Of a DNA stretch of 64,000 nucleotides, positions 38,565-48,234 are shown piece by piece. The position numbers were made by a program, and so were the translations under genes. Within the stretch, counting starts at the first letter, position 1; the number at the start of each line of letters is the position of its first letter. The stretch is from a virus: positions 1-64,000 of the IMG/VR virus record IMGVR_UViG_3300046532_001566. One strand, 5' to 3'. The notes below the pieces were generated by a model. The model did no database searches. It was not told the origin of the DNA and saw nothing but the letters and a program-made list of their open reading frames with translations.

Positions 38565-38891
38565 TTAAACTATTACCCCTGGGGAAGGCGGTGCTTGTAT
38601 AATTCCTGACATTGCTGAAGTATATTGAGTTGCTAATGGCTTATCTGTATCTGCAATCATAACAACTAAATTCCTATTCAATTCAATATCTCGAGTTGCA
38701 TCAGGTGATGCTGTTAAGAAAAAAGGCATTAATGCCGGGGCACCATTTGGCCCTGTTGACAATGAAACTGGTCTATCAATAATTAATACATCACTTCTTG
38801 CTTCACACCAACTAGCAATAAGCTCTTCGCCGTTACTTAATTTAATAGAAACAATGTCTCCTTTTGTTCTCGCCTTTGATGATATTATCAT
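38565..38891 (-). CDS. Sm-like fold hypothetical protein
   Basis: GDIVSIKLSNGEELIA...P. Confidence 0.55.
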   Translation of the reverse strand: MIISSKARTKGDIVSIKLSNGEELIASWCEARSDVLIIDRPVSLSTGPNGAPALMPFFLTASPDATRDIELNRNLVVMIADTDKPLATQYTSAMSGIIQAPPSPGVIV

Positions 38892-39997
38892 AATTTAAAT
38901 CCTTTAAAACTATCCTCTTTTACGTCTTGCTTAATGCCACCAATAACATAACTCTCAATCTCTGTTTCTTGAGGTGCATTTTGTACACCTTTATTTGAAA
39001 GCCAATGTGATGTCCAAGGTAATGGATTATCATTAGGACTTTGAGCATATCTTGTTGCTAATCCTAAACTTTTAAGACGCTTGTTTGCAATATGCTCAAT
39101 AAACATATGCAACAATTTCTCATTTAATCCAACAATAGAACCATTTGTAAACAAATAATCAGCCCATTCTTTTTCTTCTTCTACTACCTTGTCATATATA
39201 AGACCAATTTCTTCTTCGCACTCTTTTGCAATAGAAACCATATCTGGGTCATCACCTTTAATCCAATTCTTGATAATATGTGTGCTAATTGCTAAATGCT
39301 GGCTTTCATCACGAGCAATTAAACTAACAATCTTAGCAGAGCCTTCCATTGTTTTTAACTCGCCAAATGCAAACGTACATGCAAAGGAAACATAAAAACG
39401 CAAACCTTCTAACGCATTAACATTTACCATTGCTAGGTAAAGTTTCTTTTTAAGTTCTCTAAGATCTCCTTTACCAGTAGCAGTATAATATTGAGCATCA
39501 TTAATAAAATCATCATATGCTCTTGTTACACTTTCTGCCCTAGCAACAATCTTCTCATCATCAAGAATAGTGTTAAACACATCACTAGGATCAGGGTAAA
39601 TATTTTTAATAATATGTGTGTAACTACGACTATGAATTGTTTCAAAGAAATCCCAAGTAATTAAACATGCTTCTAACTCCGGTAAAGTACAATAAGGCAC
39701 AAATGCAAGAGCTGGTCCGCGTCCTTGAACACTGTCAAGTAATGTTTGATATTTTAAATTACTTGTAAAAATAAACTTTTGAGAATCTGTAAAATTTAAA
39801 TAATCACTTCGATCCTTTTGCAAACTAACTTCTTCTGGTCTCCAAAAATATCCAAGTTGTGTTTGTGTTAACTTATCAAATACCGGATAACGAAATTCAT
39901 CAAATCGTTGCGAGCTTAATTGTTCTCCAAAGAACATAGGTTGTTTTGTATAATCAATTTTGTTTTTGTTGAATACAGTTGTTTTTAAATGTTGCAT
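38888..39997 (-). CDS. nrdB: Ribonucleotide reductase class Ia beta subunit
   Basis: FWRPEEVSL, QTLLDSVQGR, ETIHSRSYTHI, EGLRFYVSFAC, DESQHL, APQETEI. Confidence 0.97.
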   Translation of the reverse strand: MQHLKTTVFNKNKIDYTKQPMFFGEQLSSQRFDEFRYPVFDKLTQTQLGYFWRPEEVSLQKDRSDYLNFTDSQKFIFTSNLKYQTLLDSVQGRGPALAFVPYCTLPELEACLITWDFFETIHSRSYTHIIKNIYPDPSDVFNTILDDEKIVARAESVTRAYDDFINDAQYYTATGKGDLRELKKKLYLAMVNVNALEGLRFYVSFACTFAFGELKTMEGSAKIVSLIARDESQHLAISTHIIKNWIKGDDPDMVSIAKECEEEIGLIYDKVVEEEKEWADYLFTNGSIVGLNEKLLHMFIEHIANKRLKSLGLATRYAQSPNDNPLPWTSHWLSNKGVQNAPQETEIESYVIGGIKQDVKEDSFKGFKL

Positions 39998-42300
39998 GCT
40001 TCACACTCTTCTTCCTCTTGATCAATGGTTATTGAAAATGCCGGTATTACTTCTTGGGAGATCTCAAGTTCGTCTAACATCTCTTCATCTTCTCCTTTTG
40101 AATCGTAAGTATTCTGGTAGTAACTTGTCTTCCAGCCATACTTGTATGTGGTTAATAAGTCATTAAACATGACACTCATTGGTACTTCGTTATCTGGATA
40201 AAATTTAGGATTGTAACTCCAATTACCACTAATTGATTGATCAAAGTATTTTTGCATTGCTGAAACAATACGGATATAACCTTCGTTAACACCTTCGTCC
40301 CATAAAAAGCTATAATGATTTTTAAGTTTATTATACTGAGGTACAATTTGCTTTAATGGACCTTTTTTACTTTTCTTAGTATTCATATATGCCCTAGGAG
40401 GTTCGATACCATTAGTTTCATTGCTAACAACAGACGAACTCTCTGACGGCATTTGTGCAGATAATGTGCTATGACGCATTCCATGTTTAGCTACCTTAAA
40501 TCGTAACTCTTCCCAATCGTACTGCAAATCTTTTCCTAGGAATTCGTCAACATCTGTTTTGTAAGTATCAATTGGTAATATACCTCTTGAATATTTTGTA
40601 TCATCGTATGCAGAGCAAGGTCCTTGCTCTTTTGCTAAGTCAACACTTGCTAAAATTAAATAATATTGGAATGCTTCAGACAATCTATTGACTTCTTTTG
40701 CTGATTCAACATCATTATAATGTAACTCACGTTTTGCTAGGTAATGTGCAAGCCCTATGTATCCTACTCCTAAACTACGTCTAGATTTAGTTGACAATTC
40801 TGCGGCTTTAACTGGATAACGTTGATAATCAATAATCTGATCTAATGCTCGGACTGCAAGATCACATAGATTCTTTAAGTCATCTAAATTTCGCAAGGTG
40901 CCAACATTGATAGCACTAAGAATGCATAAAGCTATCTCTCCCGATGCATCATCTAACCCTTGTATTGGTGTAGTTGGCAATGTAATTTCTTGGCAAAGAT
41001 TACTCATTCGAATCATAGGATCAAAACTACTATGACTATTACAATGATCAATATTCATAATATAGATACGTCCTGTTTCAGCACGTTCTTTTAATATATC
41101 GCCAAATAATTCTGTTGCCGGTACTTCAATGCGATCAATTGAGCTATCATTCTCGTAACTAGTATATAAATTATCAAACTTATCATTATCTCCAAATGCT
41201 TCATACAACCCAGGAACTTCATGAGGTGAAAAAAGGCTAATCTTAGTACCACTAATTAACCTTTCGTAGAATAGTTTGCTTATTTGAATTGAATAATCTA
41301 GTTTACGGACACGATTATCTTCTGTCCCTTTATTGTTTTTTAAAACAATGATATCTTGGATTTCTTTGTGCCATATTGGAAAATGCACTGTAGCACTACC
41401 ACCACGAACACCATTTTGTGTGCATGAACGCACAACTGATTCGTAAACTTTTAAGAAAGGAACTACTCCAGTATGTGCTACCTCACCACCACGAATTTTT
41501 GATCCAATGCTACGAATGCGTCCTAAGTTAAGTCCTATTCCAGCACGTTGAGCAATATAATATCCAACTGCTGAAGAACTATTAAAAATTGATGGCAATG
41601 TATCATCTACGTCAACTAAGACGCAGGAAGCAAATTGTCTAATAGGAGTACGAACACCTGACATTATTGGTGTAGGAATATTAATTTTAAATGTAGATAT
41701 TGCATCATAGTAACGACGGATATATCCAATCCTTGTTTCTGCTGGATAAGTTGAAAAGATAGTTGCAGAAATTAACATATACATATATTGAGGAGTTTCG
41801 TAAATATGACCCGTGCTCCTGTCTTGGACAAGATATTTGTCCGCTACTTGACGCATGCCAGCATATGTAAAATCTAAATCACGTTGATGATTAATATACG
41901 AATCTAATTGATTCCAGTCATCTTTTGTATATAGTTCTAATAATTCTGGATCATATACTCCTTGCTCAACATTTTTTACAACTATATCATATAACGGAGA
42001 GTAATCAAATTTTCCAAATACATCTTTACGCAGTCCGTATAATAGTAGTCGGGCGGCGACAAACTGATAATTTGGATTATCCAAACTAATCAAATCACTT
42101 GCACTTCGAACTAAAATTTCCTGAATGTCTGCTGTATTAATACCGTTTGTAAACTGTAAATCTGCATTCATTTCTACTTGTGAAACACTAACACCAGCTA
42201 ATCCTTCGCATGCTTCTTCGACCATCTTATGTATCTTGTTAATATCAAGAGATTCTATCTTTCCGTCTCGTTTTACTACATTTACTCCGGTGCTATTCAT
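39985..42300 (-). CDS. nrdA: Ribonucleotide reductase class Ia alpha subunit
   Basis: ATP cone VVKRDG, PTPIM, QFASC, SNLCQEI, KTSYY, C-terminal CEAC. Confidence 0.97.
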   Translation of the reverse strand: MNSTGVNVVKRDGKIESLDINKIHKMVEEACEGLAGVSVSQVEMNADLQFTNGINTADIQEILVRSASDLISLDNPNYQFVAARLLLYGLRKDVFGKFDYSPLYDIVVKNVEQGVYDPELLELYTKDDWNQLDSYINHQRDLDFTYAGMRQVADKYLVQDRSTGHIYETPQYMYMLISATIFSTYPAETRIGYIRRYYDAISTFKINIPTPIMSGVRTPIRQFASCVLVDVDDTLPSIFNSSSAVGYYIAQRAGIGLNLGRIRSIGSKIRGGEVAHTGVVPFLKVYESVVRSCTQNGVRGGSATVHFPIWHKEIQDIIVLKNNKGTEDNRVRKLDYSIQISKLFYERLISGTKISLFSPHEVPGLYEAFGDNDKFDNLYTSYENDSSIDRIEVPATELFGDILKERAETGRIYIMNIDHCNSHSSFDPMIRMSNLCQEITLPTTPIQGLDDASGEIALCILSAINVGTLRNLDDLKNLCDLAVRALDQIIDYQRYPVKAAELSTKSRRSLGVGYIGLAHYLAKRELHYNDVESAKEVNRLSEAFQYYLILASVDLAKEQGPCSAYDDTKYSRGILPIDTYKTDVDEFLGKDLQYDWEELRFKVAKHGMRHSTLSAQMPSESSSVVSNETNGIEPPRAYMNTKKSKKGPLKQIVPQYNKLKNHYSFLWDEGVNEGYIRIVSAMQKYFDQSISGNWSYNPKFYPDNEVPMSVMFNDLLTTYKYGWKTSYYQNTYDSKGEDEEMLDELEISQEVIPAFSITIDQEEEECEACNI

Positions 42301-42363
42301 CTATTTCATTTCCTTTAAATCGTCTATTGCTTATATTTATTTCGTTCTCATCATGCCATACAG

Positions 42364-42807
42364 TTATACTTTATCCACGGTATATACATCAGTAGGCTGG
42401 TAAATTCTTATAAGATCATACTGGGATTCTGATACATAACATGCATCACCCTCATAGTAATTTAACAGTTTTTCTTGGGCAGTTCTTACCAGAAGTGTTG
42501 TATCATCTTCAATTTTAGCAAGAATTAACTCCGATTGTATCTCCAATAATGTTAGTGTATAGTACATTCCTAATCCGCGTGCCGGACTACAAAAACTATT
42601 AAAAATAATCAATTCCCAGGGTGTGGGCCACGTGTCTTCACGCCATACATCTATGGTATTGCCTGCCATAGGAACCATTTTCCACCAATATGCTATAGTT
42701 TTGTAAATCTCATCTTCAGGGAGTGTCTGTAAATTGTTTCTCCAGTCTCTCCATTTAAGCATTCTAGTATGTTTATCTGATTCCCAAAACTCTAAATCAT
42801 ATTGCAT
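42364..42807 (-). CDS. Hypothetical protein, possibly transglutaminase-like cysteine-peptidase fold
   Basis: WPTPWEL....FC...GLGMYYTL. Confidence 0.5.
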   Translation of the reverse strand: MQYDLEFWESDKHTRMLKWRDWRNNLQTLPEDEIYKTIAYWWKMVPMAGNTIDVWREDTWPTPWELIIFNSFCSPARGLGMYYTLTLLEIQSELILAKIEDDTTLLVRTAQEKLLNYYEGDACYVSESQYDLIRIYQPTDVYTVDKV

Positions 42808-42828
42808 TTGATTCTACCTGTTGCATAT

Positions 42829-43497
42829 TTATACGTTATAGAAAGTTTCAACACGTTGAAGCCATTTATCAGTATAATTTTTAAAATCGTTACCTTCAAT
42901 AATATATGTCTTATACTTGTCATCTCTTGTAGTCATAAACAGTACACCTTTTTTAATATCAGTTTGATATAACTCATTATGGGCCAATGCATAAGCACAT
43001 GTCTGAATGAAATAATCTTCCATCCATTCAGGCTTCTTTAGTGCCTTAGACGTCTTGTGGTCCATAATAGCAGGAGTTCCTTTATGCGTACCAACTAAGT
43101 CTGTAGTGCCAGCATACAAGCCTGGAAAATATAGTTGCACTTCCATACCCCATACTTCTGTTACATCTGGTAGGCCTTCATTAATAATACGATCTGACAT
43201 CCGTGTGGCCATCTCATGTACAAGATTATTGCCCTTAGGACGATCTTTGCCAAGTAGATAGTTTTCAACATGGGTATGTACTAATGTGCCCAAGCCAGAC
43301 GATTCTTTAGATACTCTGTTTGCTTCTGCATCACCTACACGTTTACGCCAGGCAATAAGTCCGCTTTTATCGCTAGTCTTAGACAGGATTGTTGTAACAC
43401 TAGGCACTTTATCGCCACCAGGTGTTTCATACAAACGTTGTACTCCGTCTATCCTAGATAGTTTTTTGTAATTATATATTGGATTATGGTTTATCAT
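42829..43497 (-). CDS. PD-(D/E)XK exonuclease
   Basis: PSVTTIL, GT.VH, AGTTD, IMDHKTS, YFIQ..AYA. Confidence 0.88.
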   Translation of the reverse strand: MINHNPIYNYKKLSRIDGVQRLYETPGGDKVPSVTTILSKTSDKSGLIAWRKRVGDAEANRVSKESSGLGTLVHTHVENYLLGKDRPKGNNLVHEMATRMSDRIINEGLPDVTEVWGMEVQLYFPGLYAGTTDLVGTHKGTPAIMDHKTSKALKKPEWMEDYFIQTCAYALAHNELYQTDIKKGVLFMTTRDDKYKTYIIEGNDFKNYTDKWLQRVETFYNV

Positions 43498-43503
43498 CTG
43501 TTA

Positions 43504-43532
43504 AGTATAACAGAGATTTAATCAATAGTCAA
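43504..43532 (-). promoter_or_regulatory. Sigma70-like promoter, leaderless start
   Basis: TTGACT-N17-TATACT, 6 nt, ATG. Confidence 0.75.
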
Positions 43533-43539
43533 GAAGAAT

Positions 43540-43887
43540 CTACCAGGCAATACGCCATTTAAAGGTAGTTGTTGTTGCATTATTGGTTACCGGATCTATG
43601 GTATAACCAAGATCCGTAAAGTACTTAATTACCTTATCAATTTGTAAGGACTTTTGTCTATCATCTCTAGTGCCTACCAAGGTATCATAGTATTCAGATG
43701 CTAGAATAAAATTTGTATCAACTGCATTGGCGGCCATTGAGGTTGTTGTAATTACTTCTACCTCAACTGCTCCAGAACCAGTAGCTGTAATAACAGCAAG
43801 TTCTAAGTCTCGAACTTCATTCAAAATTACCAGGTCTTGTAAAGATTGAGATCTTGCTTCTGATGCTGTATAAAATATTCTACTCAT
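43540..43887 (-). CDS. Hypothetical (probably virion-associated) protein
   Basis: ATGA coupling; YFTDLGYTI...FKW.I.W. Confidence 0.65.
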   Translation of the reverse strand: MSRIFYTASEARSQSLQDLVILNEVRDLELAVITATGSGAVEVEVITTTSMAANAVDTNFILASEYYDTLVGTRDDRQKSLQIDKVIKYFTDLGYTIDPVTNNATTTTFKWRIAW

Positions 43888-44219
43888 ATTCCTAAATCTG
43901 CCTTTGCTGTTGATAATGCCATATCGTCAACTTTCTCTTCGTTGTCTTCTGCATCACCAGGATCACTTACCATCGTAGTTAAGATAATATCTGTGTCACT
44001 TACATCTGAAACTAAATCAGGGTTTCTATTCTTTAATGTAGTAATATAATTCCTAATTCCAGTTTCTTGCCCATTAGCCTGAAATCCTAACTTAGATAAC
44101 ATGCCAACAAGTTCTTCCATTGGTAGCGAGTCATTACCATCCAATGATGCTCTAATCAAGAACATCTTAATTGCACTAGCAAAGTCAGCATCAATCGATG
44201 TTATTTCACTCAAGTTCAC
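43884..44219 (-). CDS. Hypothetical acidic protein
   Basis: Coupled in operon; MNLSEI N-terminus. Confidence 0.6.
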   Translation of the reverse strand: MNLSEITSIDADFASAIKMFLIRASLDGNDSLPMEELVGMLSKLGFQANGQETGIRNYITTLKNRNPDLVSDVSDTDIILTTMVSDPGDAEDNEEKVDDMALSTAKADLGI

Positions 44220-44847
44220 TCTTTAGTTCCCTACCAAGTGGCTCTTCTTCTGGTCCTGACATTGCAGGCGTAACTGCCTCTACGTCATCGCCTAATTCTG
44301 GTTCCATACCAGGATCTGCTACTGGAGCAGACATAGGATCTTTTAACTGACTAATTGCGGCATCAATACCATCTTTAGTTGTAGTAAGGACATCCATTGC
44401 CGATTGCAATGAAGATCTAATAGCAGTTCCGAATTGTTCACCGGCGCCATCTCCAAATTTTGATTTGATTTGATCAACTAAAGTAATTAAATCGCTTCCA
44501 AGCATATCAGCTGAATCTTCAATCATATCTTGAAATTCTTTGCTCATGCCTGTTGCCGCTATAATAATTTCTGCTTGCTCGATATCATCATCACCAAATT
44601 CAGCTTCGACAATAACCTCTGCATCTACATTAGCCATATCTTCATAGACTGCCTTATGTAAAACTGCACGAGTGTATTCTGCTCCGCCTTTACTTGCTAA
44701 AGTATCAAGTTCTTTCTGAATATCACCTAAGTGATCTCGTAATGATGAACCACTTACTGATTCTTCAATTACAATACTTTGTTTTAACAATGCTTCGCGA
44801 GCCGCTTCGGCTGGAGCAGTGTTATTTGAAATGTCATTAAACTTCAT
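44206..44847 (-). CDS. Acidic putative prohead core/scaffold-like protein
   Basis: SD GGAGG before MKFND; helical, acidic, EEEPLGRE tail. Confidence 0.55.
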   Translation of the reverse strand: MKFNDISNNTAPAEAAREALLKQSIVIEESVSGSSLRDHLGDIQKELDTLASKGGAEYTRAVLHKAVYEDMANVDAEVIVEAEFGDDDIEQAEIIIAATGMSKEFQDMIEDSADMLGSDLITLVDQIKSKFGDGAGEQFGTAIRSSLQSAMDVLTTTKDGIDAAISQLKDPMSAPVADPGMEPELGDDVEAVTPAMSGPEEEPLGRELKSELE

Positions 44848-44900
44848 GGTAACCTCCTGGTAATTGTTTATCATTTATTTAGCCTTATAAGACTATATAA

Positions 44901-45221
44901 CTATCTTCGTTTTCTTGTTGTCTTACGCCCAATACTTGGTCTATTAGGATTACGATGACCTTTTTGCCTATTCAACCTTGCAACCCTGCGTGATACTGGA
45001 TTATAACGTTTTGTTCTCATTTGCTTGATTTTCATTCTGGCTTTGAAACGTTGTTTTGCACGTTTAAAGATATAACGTTTTTTAATATTAATGCGTTTGT
45101 TACAGGCGCCAATAGTACTGACAATACGGCCGCGGCGTTTTCCGGTAGTACAACGTATTTTGCGTTTTACCTTGTTACCAGACCTGGCCCATACTATTCG
45201 TGATTCTACTAAGACTTCCAT
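44901..45221 (-). CDS. Highly basic putative head/nucleic-acid-binding protein
   Basis: SD GGAGG; very K/R-rich, WARSG...RC..G.R.GRIV. Confidence 0.6.
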   Translation of the reverse strand: MEVLVESRIVWARSGNKVKRKIRCTTGKRRGRIVSTIGACNKRINIKKRYIFKRAKQRFKARMKIKQMRTKRYNPVSRRVARLNRQKGHRNPNRPSIGRKTTRKRR

Positions 45222-45234
45222 ATAACCTCCATTA

Positions 45235-45531
45235 CTAGTTATTAATAATTATATAACCTAGCATACCTATTAAAGCAACAATTACCGTTCCGGAAGTTGT
45301 TACCATTGTATTAAATCGTTTATTGGTGGATTGGTGGATTAAATCTTTAAGATCATTAAAATTTGAGTCTGCTTTTACTTTAAATTCAGAGAAATCTTTG
45401 TGAAGATGTTCTAGTCTGTTTTCCATACCAGTGAATTTCTCTTCTAGGCGATTATACCGACTTGCACATAATTCTACATGCAAATTAAGATCTGCCGCTT
45501 CACCTTGTACTACTTTTATCTTTTTTTCCAT
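45235..45531 (-). CDS. Coiled-coil protein with C-terminal TM (holin/XhlA-like)
   Basis: LHVELCA.RY..LE, TVIVALIGMLGYII. Confidence 0.55.
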   Translation of the reverse strand: MEKKIKVVQGEAADLNLHVELCASRYNRLEEKFTGMENRLEHLHKDFSEFKVKADSNFNDLKDLIHQSTNKRFNTMVTTSGTVIVALIGMLGYIIINN

Positions 45532-45670
45532 TATATAATATGTTCTTTACTGAGTGCGTGTGTAACGGTGACTTGCTTGCTCTTGAAGTAGTCCGCTATG
45601 TTCCGTAAAGTGCCAATATGAGCCATTATAAGTTTTTGTGAGCTATTGTTATACCAACGTATTTACCATT

Positions 45671-46099
45671 TTATAGAGATTCATGGCAGACAAAAAACAA
45701 GTTTGTGTTAACTCCTCTTGTATAAATCTTCTTACCTACTGTTGCTGTTTCTTGCAATCCAGTTAATAATTGTAATCCATGTGCTTCTTGATTTAATGTA
45801 TCTTCAGTCATTATACCCTTTTTATCAACAATCCATTTATACGCCCATACGTTATGGTTGCCTGTATGTTTACTACCAAATAATCCGTTAGTAACATCTT
45901 GATTAATAATCATTTCAACTCCAGCAAGTATAGGCTGAGAACGAGAAGAAGCAATAGCCATTATCTTCTCTAAATTTTCAGATGCACTAGTACCGTCATT
46001 ACTAATATCAAACAGCGTCCAACAAGAATAGAATTCTGGGTCTCCACCAAAGTGTGACCCAGGAATACTCCAGGAGCGTTTCTTTTCAACTGTTTCCAT
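45671..46099 (-). CDS. Hypothetical protein
   Basis: In operon; WTLFDIS motif. Confidence 0.6.
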   Translation of the reverse strand: METVEKKRSWSIPGSHFGGDPEFYSCWTLFDISNDGTSASENLEKIMAIASSRSQPILAGVEMIINQDVTNGLFGSKHTGNHNVWAYKWIVDKKGIMTEDTLNQEAHGLQLLTGLQETATVGKKIYTRGVNTNLFFVCHESL

Positions 46100-46105
46100 T
46101 ATTAA

Positions 46106-47056
46106 TTACCTAAGTTTACCTAGTGCTTTTGCGGCCGCATAACCTATAAATCCAGCTCCACCAACTTTTGCAATGCTTGATATAAAATTATCTGAACTAC
46201 TAGTGCCATGAATTGCATTGGCTGGACCTATTGCTTTAACTTCTGCATTATCTTTTGTCTTCTGTTCCCAGGATTTATGTTGTACAAATGTACTAAGTGT
46301 TCCAAACAAATCGCTACGTCTGCCACGTGTTCTATAATACTGTAAAAGCCTAGTTACACATGTCTGCTTTTGGAAAGTTGTTAAATGTTCCCAATCAGTT
46401 ATTAATCTGCGTAAACTTTTATAGTTACTAACTTGTATATTCATTTGACTTTCTAATTTATATAAGAGCCGTGTAGCTGTAATTCTGTCTAATCTTCCTG
46501 ATCCAATTCCTCGTAAGAAATCTTTAACATACTTCTCATTCATATGAAGTCTTACTCTCAAAGAAGCATTTTGTTCAGGTGCTTTAAGTCTATCACCTTC
46601 TTTAGTATCTCTATAAATTGAGATATGTAATGCTTGATATAAGTCAGTTGAACTAACTCGGCTCTGACTAAAGTTGCCATATACCATTGTTCGTCTTGCA
46701 TAGTTTTGTGCAAACGGTGCAGTCTCAAACTCTTGTGCTAACATATATAATGTAACCATATTTAAAAATGCGGCGTCAACAGTATCTCGTAATGTCAATG
46801 CAGTTAGGTAATTGTTACGAAACATTTTACTTTCATTACAGTTATCCTTGATAAATGAAAACATTTCAGGTTCTACTGATTCAGAAAATTTAGTAACTCC
46901 ATATCTGCTGTATTTGTTACCATCAGATCCAAGTAATTTATTACCTAAGATGCCTACAACTGTTAACTTCTTTGACGAATCGTCATCGTCACCGATAAGA
47001 AACTTATCGCCTACCTTCCAAATGTCGTACGTTTTTTCATCAATAACGTCTGTCAT
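46106..47056 (-). CDS. Hypothetical (putative virion) protein
   Basis: Long ORF; FSE/CNE putative cleavage-type sites; hydrophobic C-terminus. Confidence 0.65.
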   Translation of the reverse strand: MTDVIDEKTYDIWKVGDKFLIGDDDDSSKKLTVVGILGNKLLGSDGNKYSRYGVTKFSESVEPEMFSFIKDNCNESKMFRNNYLTALTLRDTVDAAFLNMVTLYMLAQEFETAPFAQNYARRTMVYGNFSQSRVSSTDLYQALHISIYRDTKEGDRLKAPEQNASLRVRLHMNEKYVKDFLRGIGSGRLDRITATRLLYKLESQMNIQVSNYKSLRRLITDWEHLTTFQKQTCVTRLLQYYRTRGRRSDLFGTLSTFVQHKSWEQKTKDNAEVKAIGPANAIHGTSSSDNFISSIAKVGGAGFIGYAAAKALGKLR

Positions 47057-47061
47057 ATTCT

Positions 47062-48234
47062 CTAGTCCTTTTTCATAAAAGATGGGCGATTAACAAATTT
47101 AATCTTACCATGTGGTGTAGCAGACACAAAGCCTTCGTGACCTCTATCAGTTTTAATCCCAGTTACATGAGTATCTAACTGGTCTTTAATAGTGTGCTTT
47201 ATATTACTTAGTGCAGACACAATTCGCCATGACATCTCAAAAGGTGCTTTAAACTGTTGCAAGTGTGCTAACACGTTTTTCTTTTTATTATCTGTTAATC
47301 CTGCTGGACCTTCTAGCCATTTAATAAAATCATTTGCTAACGCTGGGGCAGAACCAATATCTTCACCTGACCTTGCTTTAAAGTTTACAAACTTTTTAAA
47401 TAGTTCTGGTAAGTTTGCTATTTTAAGACTTCCCATTGCAAATGGATCTAACATATCATCAATTAGTTGTGCTGGTCCGCTTTTAATTAAGTTCCTCAAA
47501 GATTCTACTTCTGCCATTGGTAGTTTAATTTCAGTATCTGTTGGTATATTTGTCTCTGGACCAAAGATTACTAACTTAGGACTTTGCTTTAATCCTAATG
47601 TAGTAGGCGTTGCAGGTGATGGTTCTCCGTCTGCGGCACTAGCTGAGTTAACTGAATCAAAAACGCTATGTACTGCAATACCGCAAGCACTCTTCGCAAT
47701 CAATGCACCTATTGGATTATCTTTATCAATAGTATATTTAATTTTACTTGGGCCAAATGTAACATCTTCATCTGTATGTAAGATATCATCTGAACTCATA
47801 TAAAGCAAATCTCCTTGAATCATTTGTCCTATCAAACTTTTTGGGGTTGCTTTTTTAAGAAGTTCGTATATGCTTGCAAATTTGTTTGCATAATATTGTC
47901 TACCTTCTTGATCTGGCTTTCTGTTATAAATCATAGCCTGTACTTCTTTAGAACTAGTAGGCTTACCATCATATTTTGTTGCACCTATGCCAGCTTTGTC
48001 TGTTACAATAAATGAATTCTTATCTACCCAACCAAATATTACTGCTGGACTTCCGTCCCATTTAATTGAAGTTGTATCTCCGTGATTCTGTGAAGCATGT
48101 ACCATTGCATCGAGAGCTCGCATTGCACCCTGCGTTCCGTTATCATCAAAGATAATATCTTCTGGATGGTCAATTCTTGCTTTAGCTTCAATTAGCACCG
48201 GCTTTGTATTATTAACTACCTCTGTTATCTTCAT
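47062..48234 (-). CDS. RNA/DNA-ligase-like nucleotidyltransferase fold protein (DUF6267-like)
   Basis: SIKWDG (KxDG), QGDLL, HEGFV, KIKFV. Confidence 0.6.
   Translation of the reverse strand: MKITEVVNNTKPVLIEAKARIDHPEDIIFDDNGTQGAMRALDAMVHASQNHGDTTSIKWDGSPAVIFGWVDKNSFIVTDKAGIGATKYDGKPTSSKEVQAMIYNRKPDQEGRQYYANKFASIYELLKKATPKSLIGQMIQGDLLYMSSDDILHTDEDVTFGPSKIKYTIDKDNPIGALIAKSACGIAVHSVFDSVNSASAADGEPSPATPTTLGLKQSPKLVIFGPETNIPTDTEIKLPMAEVESLRNLIKSGPAQLIDDMLDPFAMGSLKIANLPELFKKFVNFKARSGEDIGSAPALANDFIKWLEGPAGLTDNKKKNVLAHLQQFKAPFEMSWRIVSALSNIKHTIKDQLDTHVTGIKTDRGHEGFVSATPHGKIKFVNRPSFMKKD

Noticed and set aside
42829-43497. Cas4 / CRISPR system
   Set aside because: No Fe-S cysteines, no cas genes, and no repeat-spacer array seen in the window
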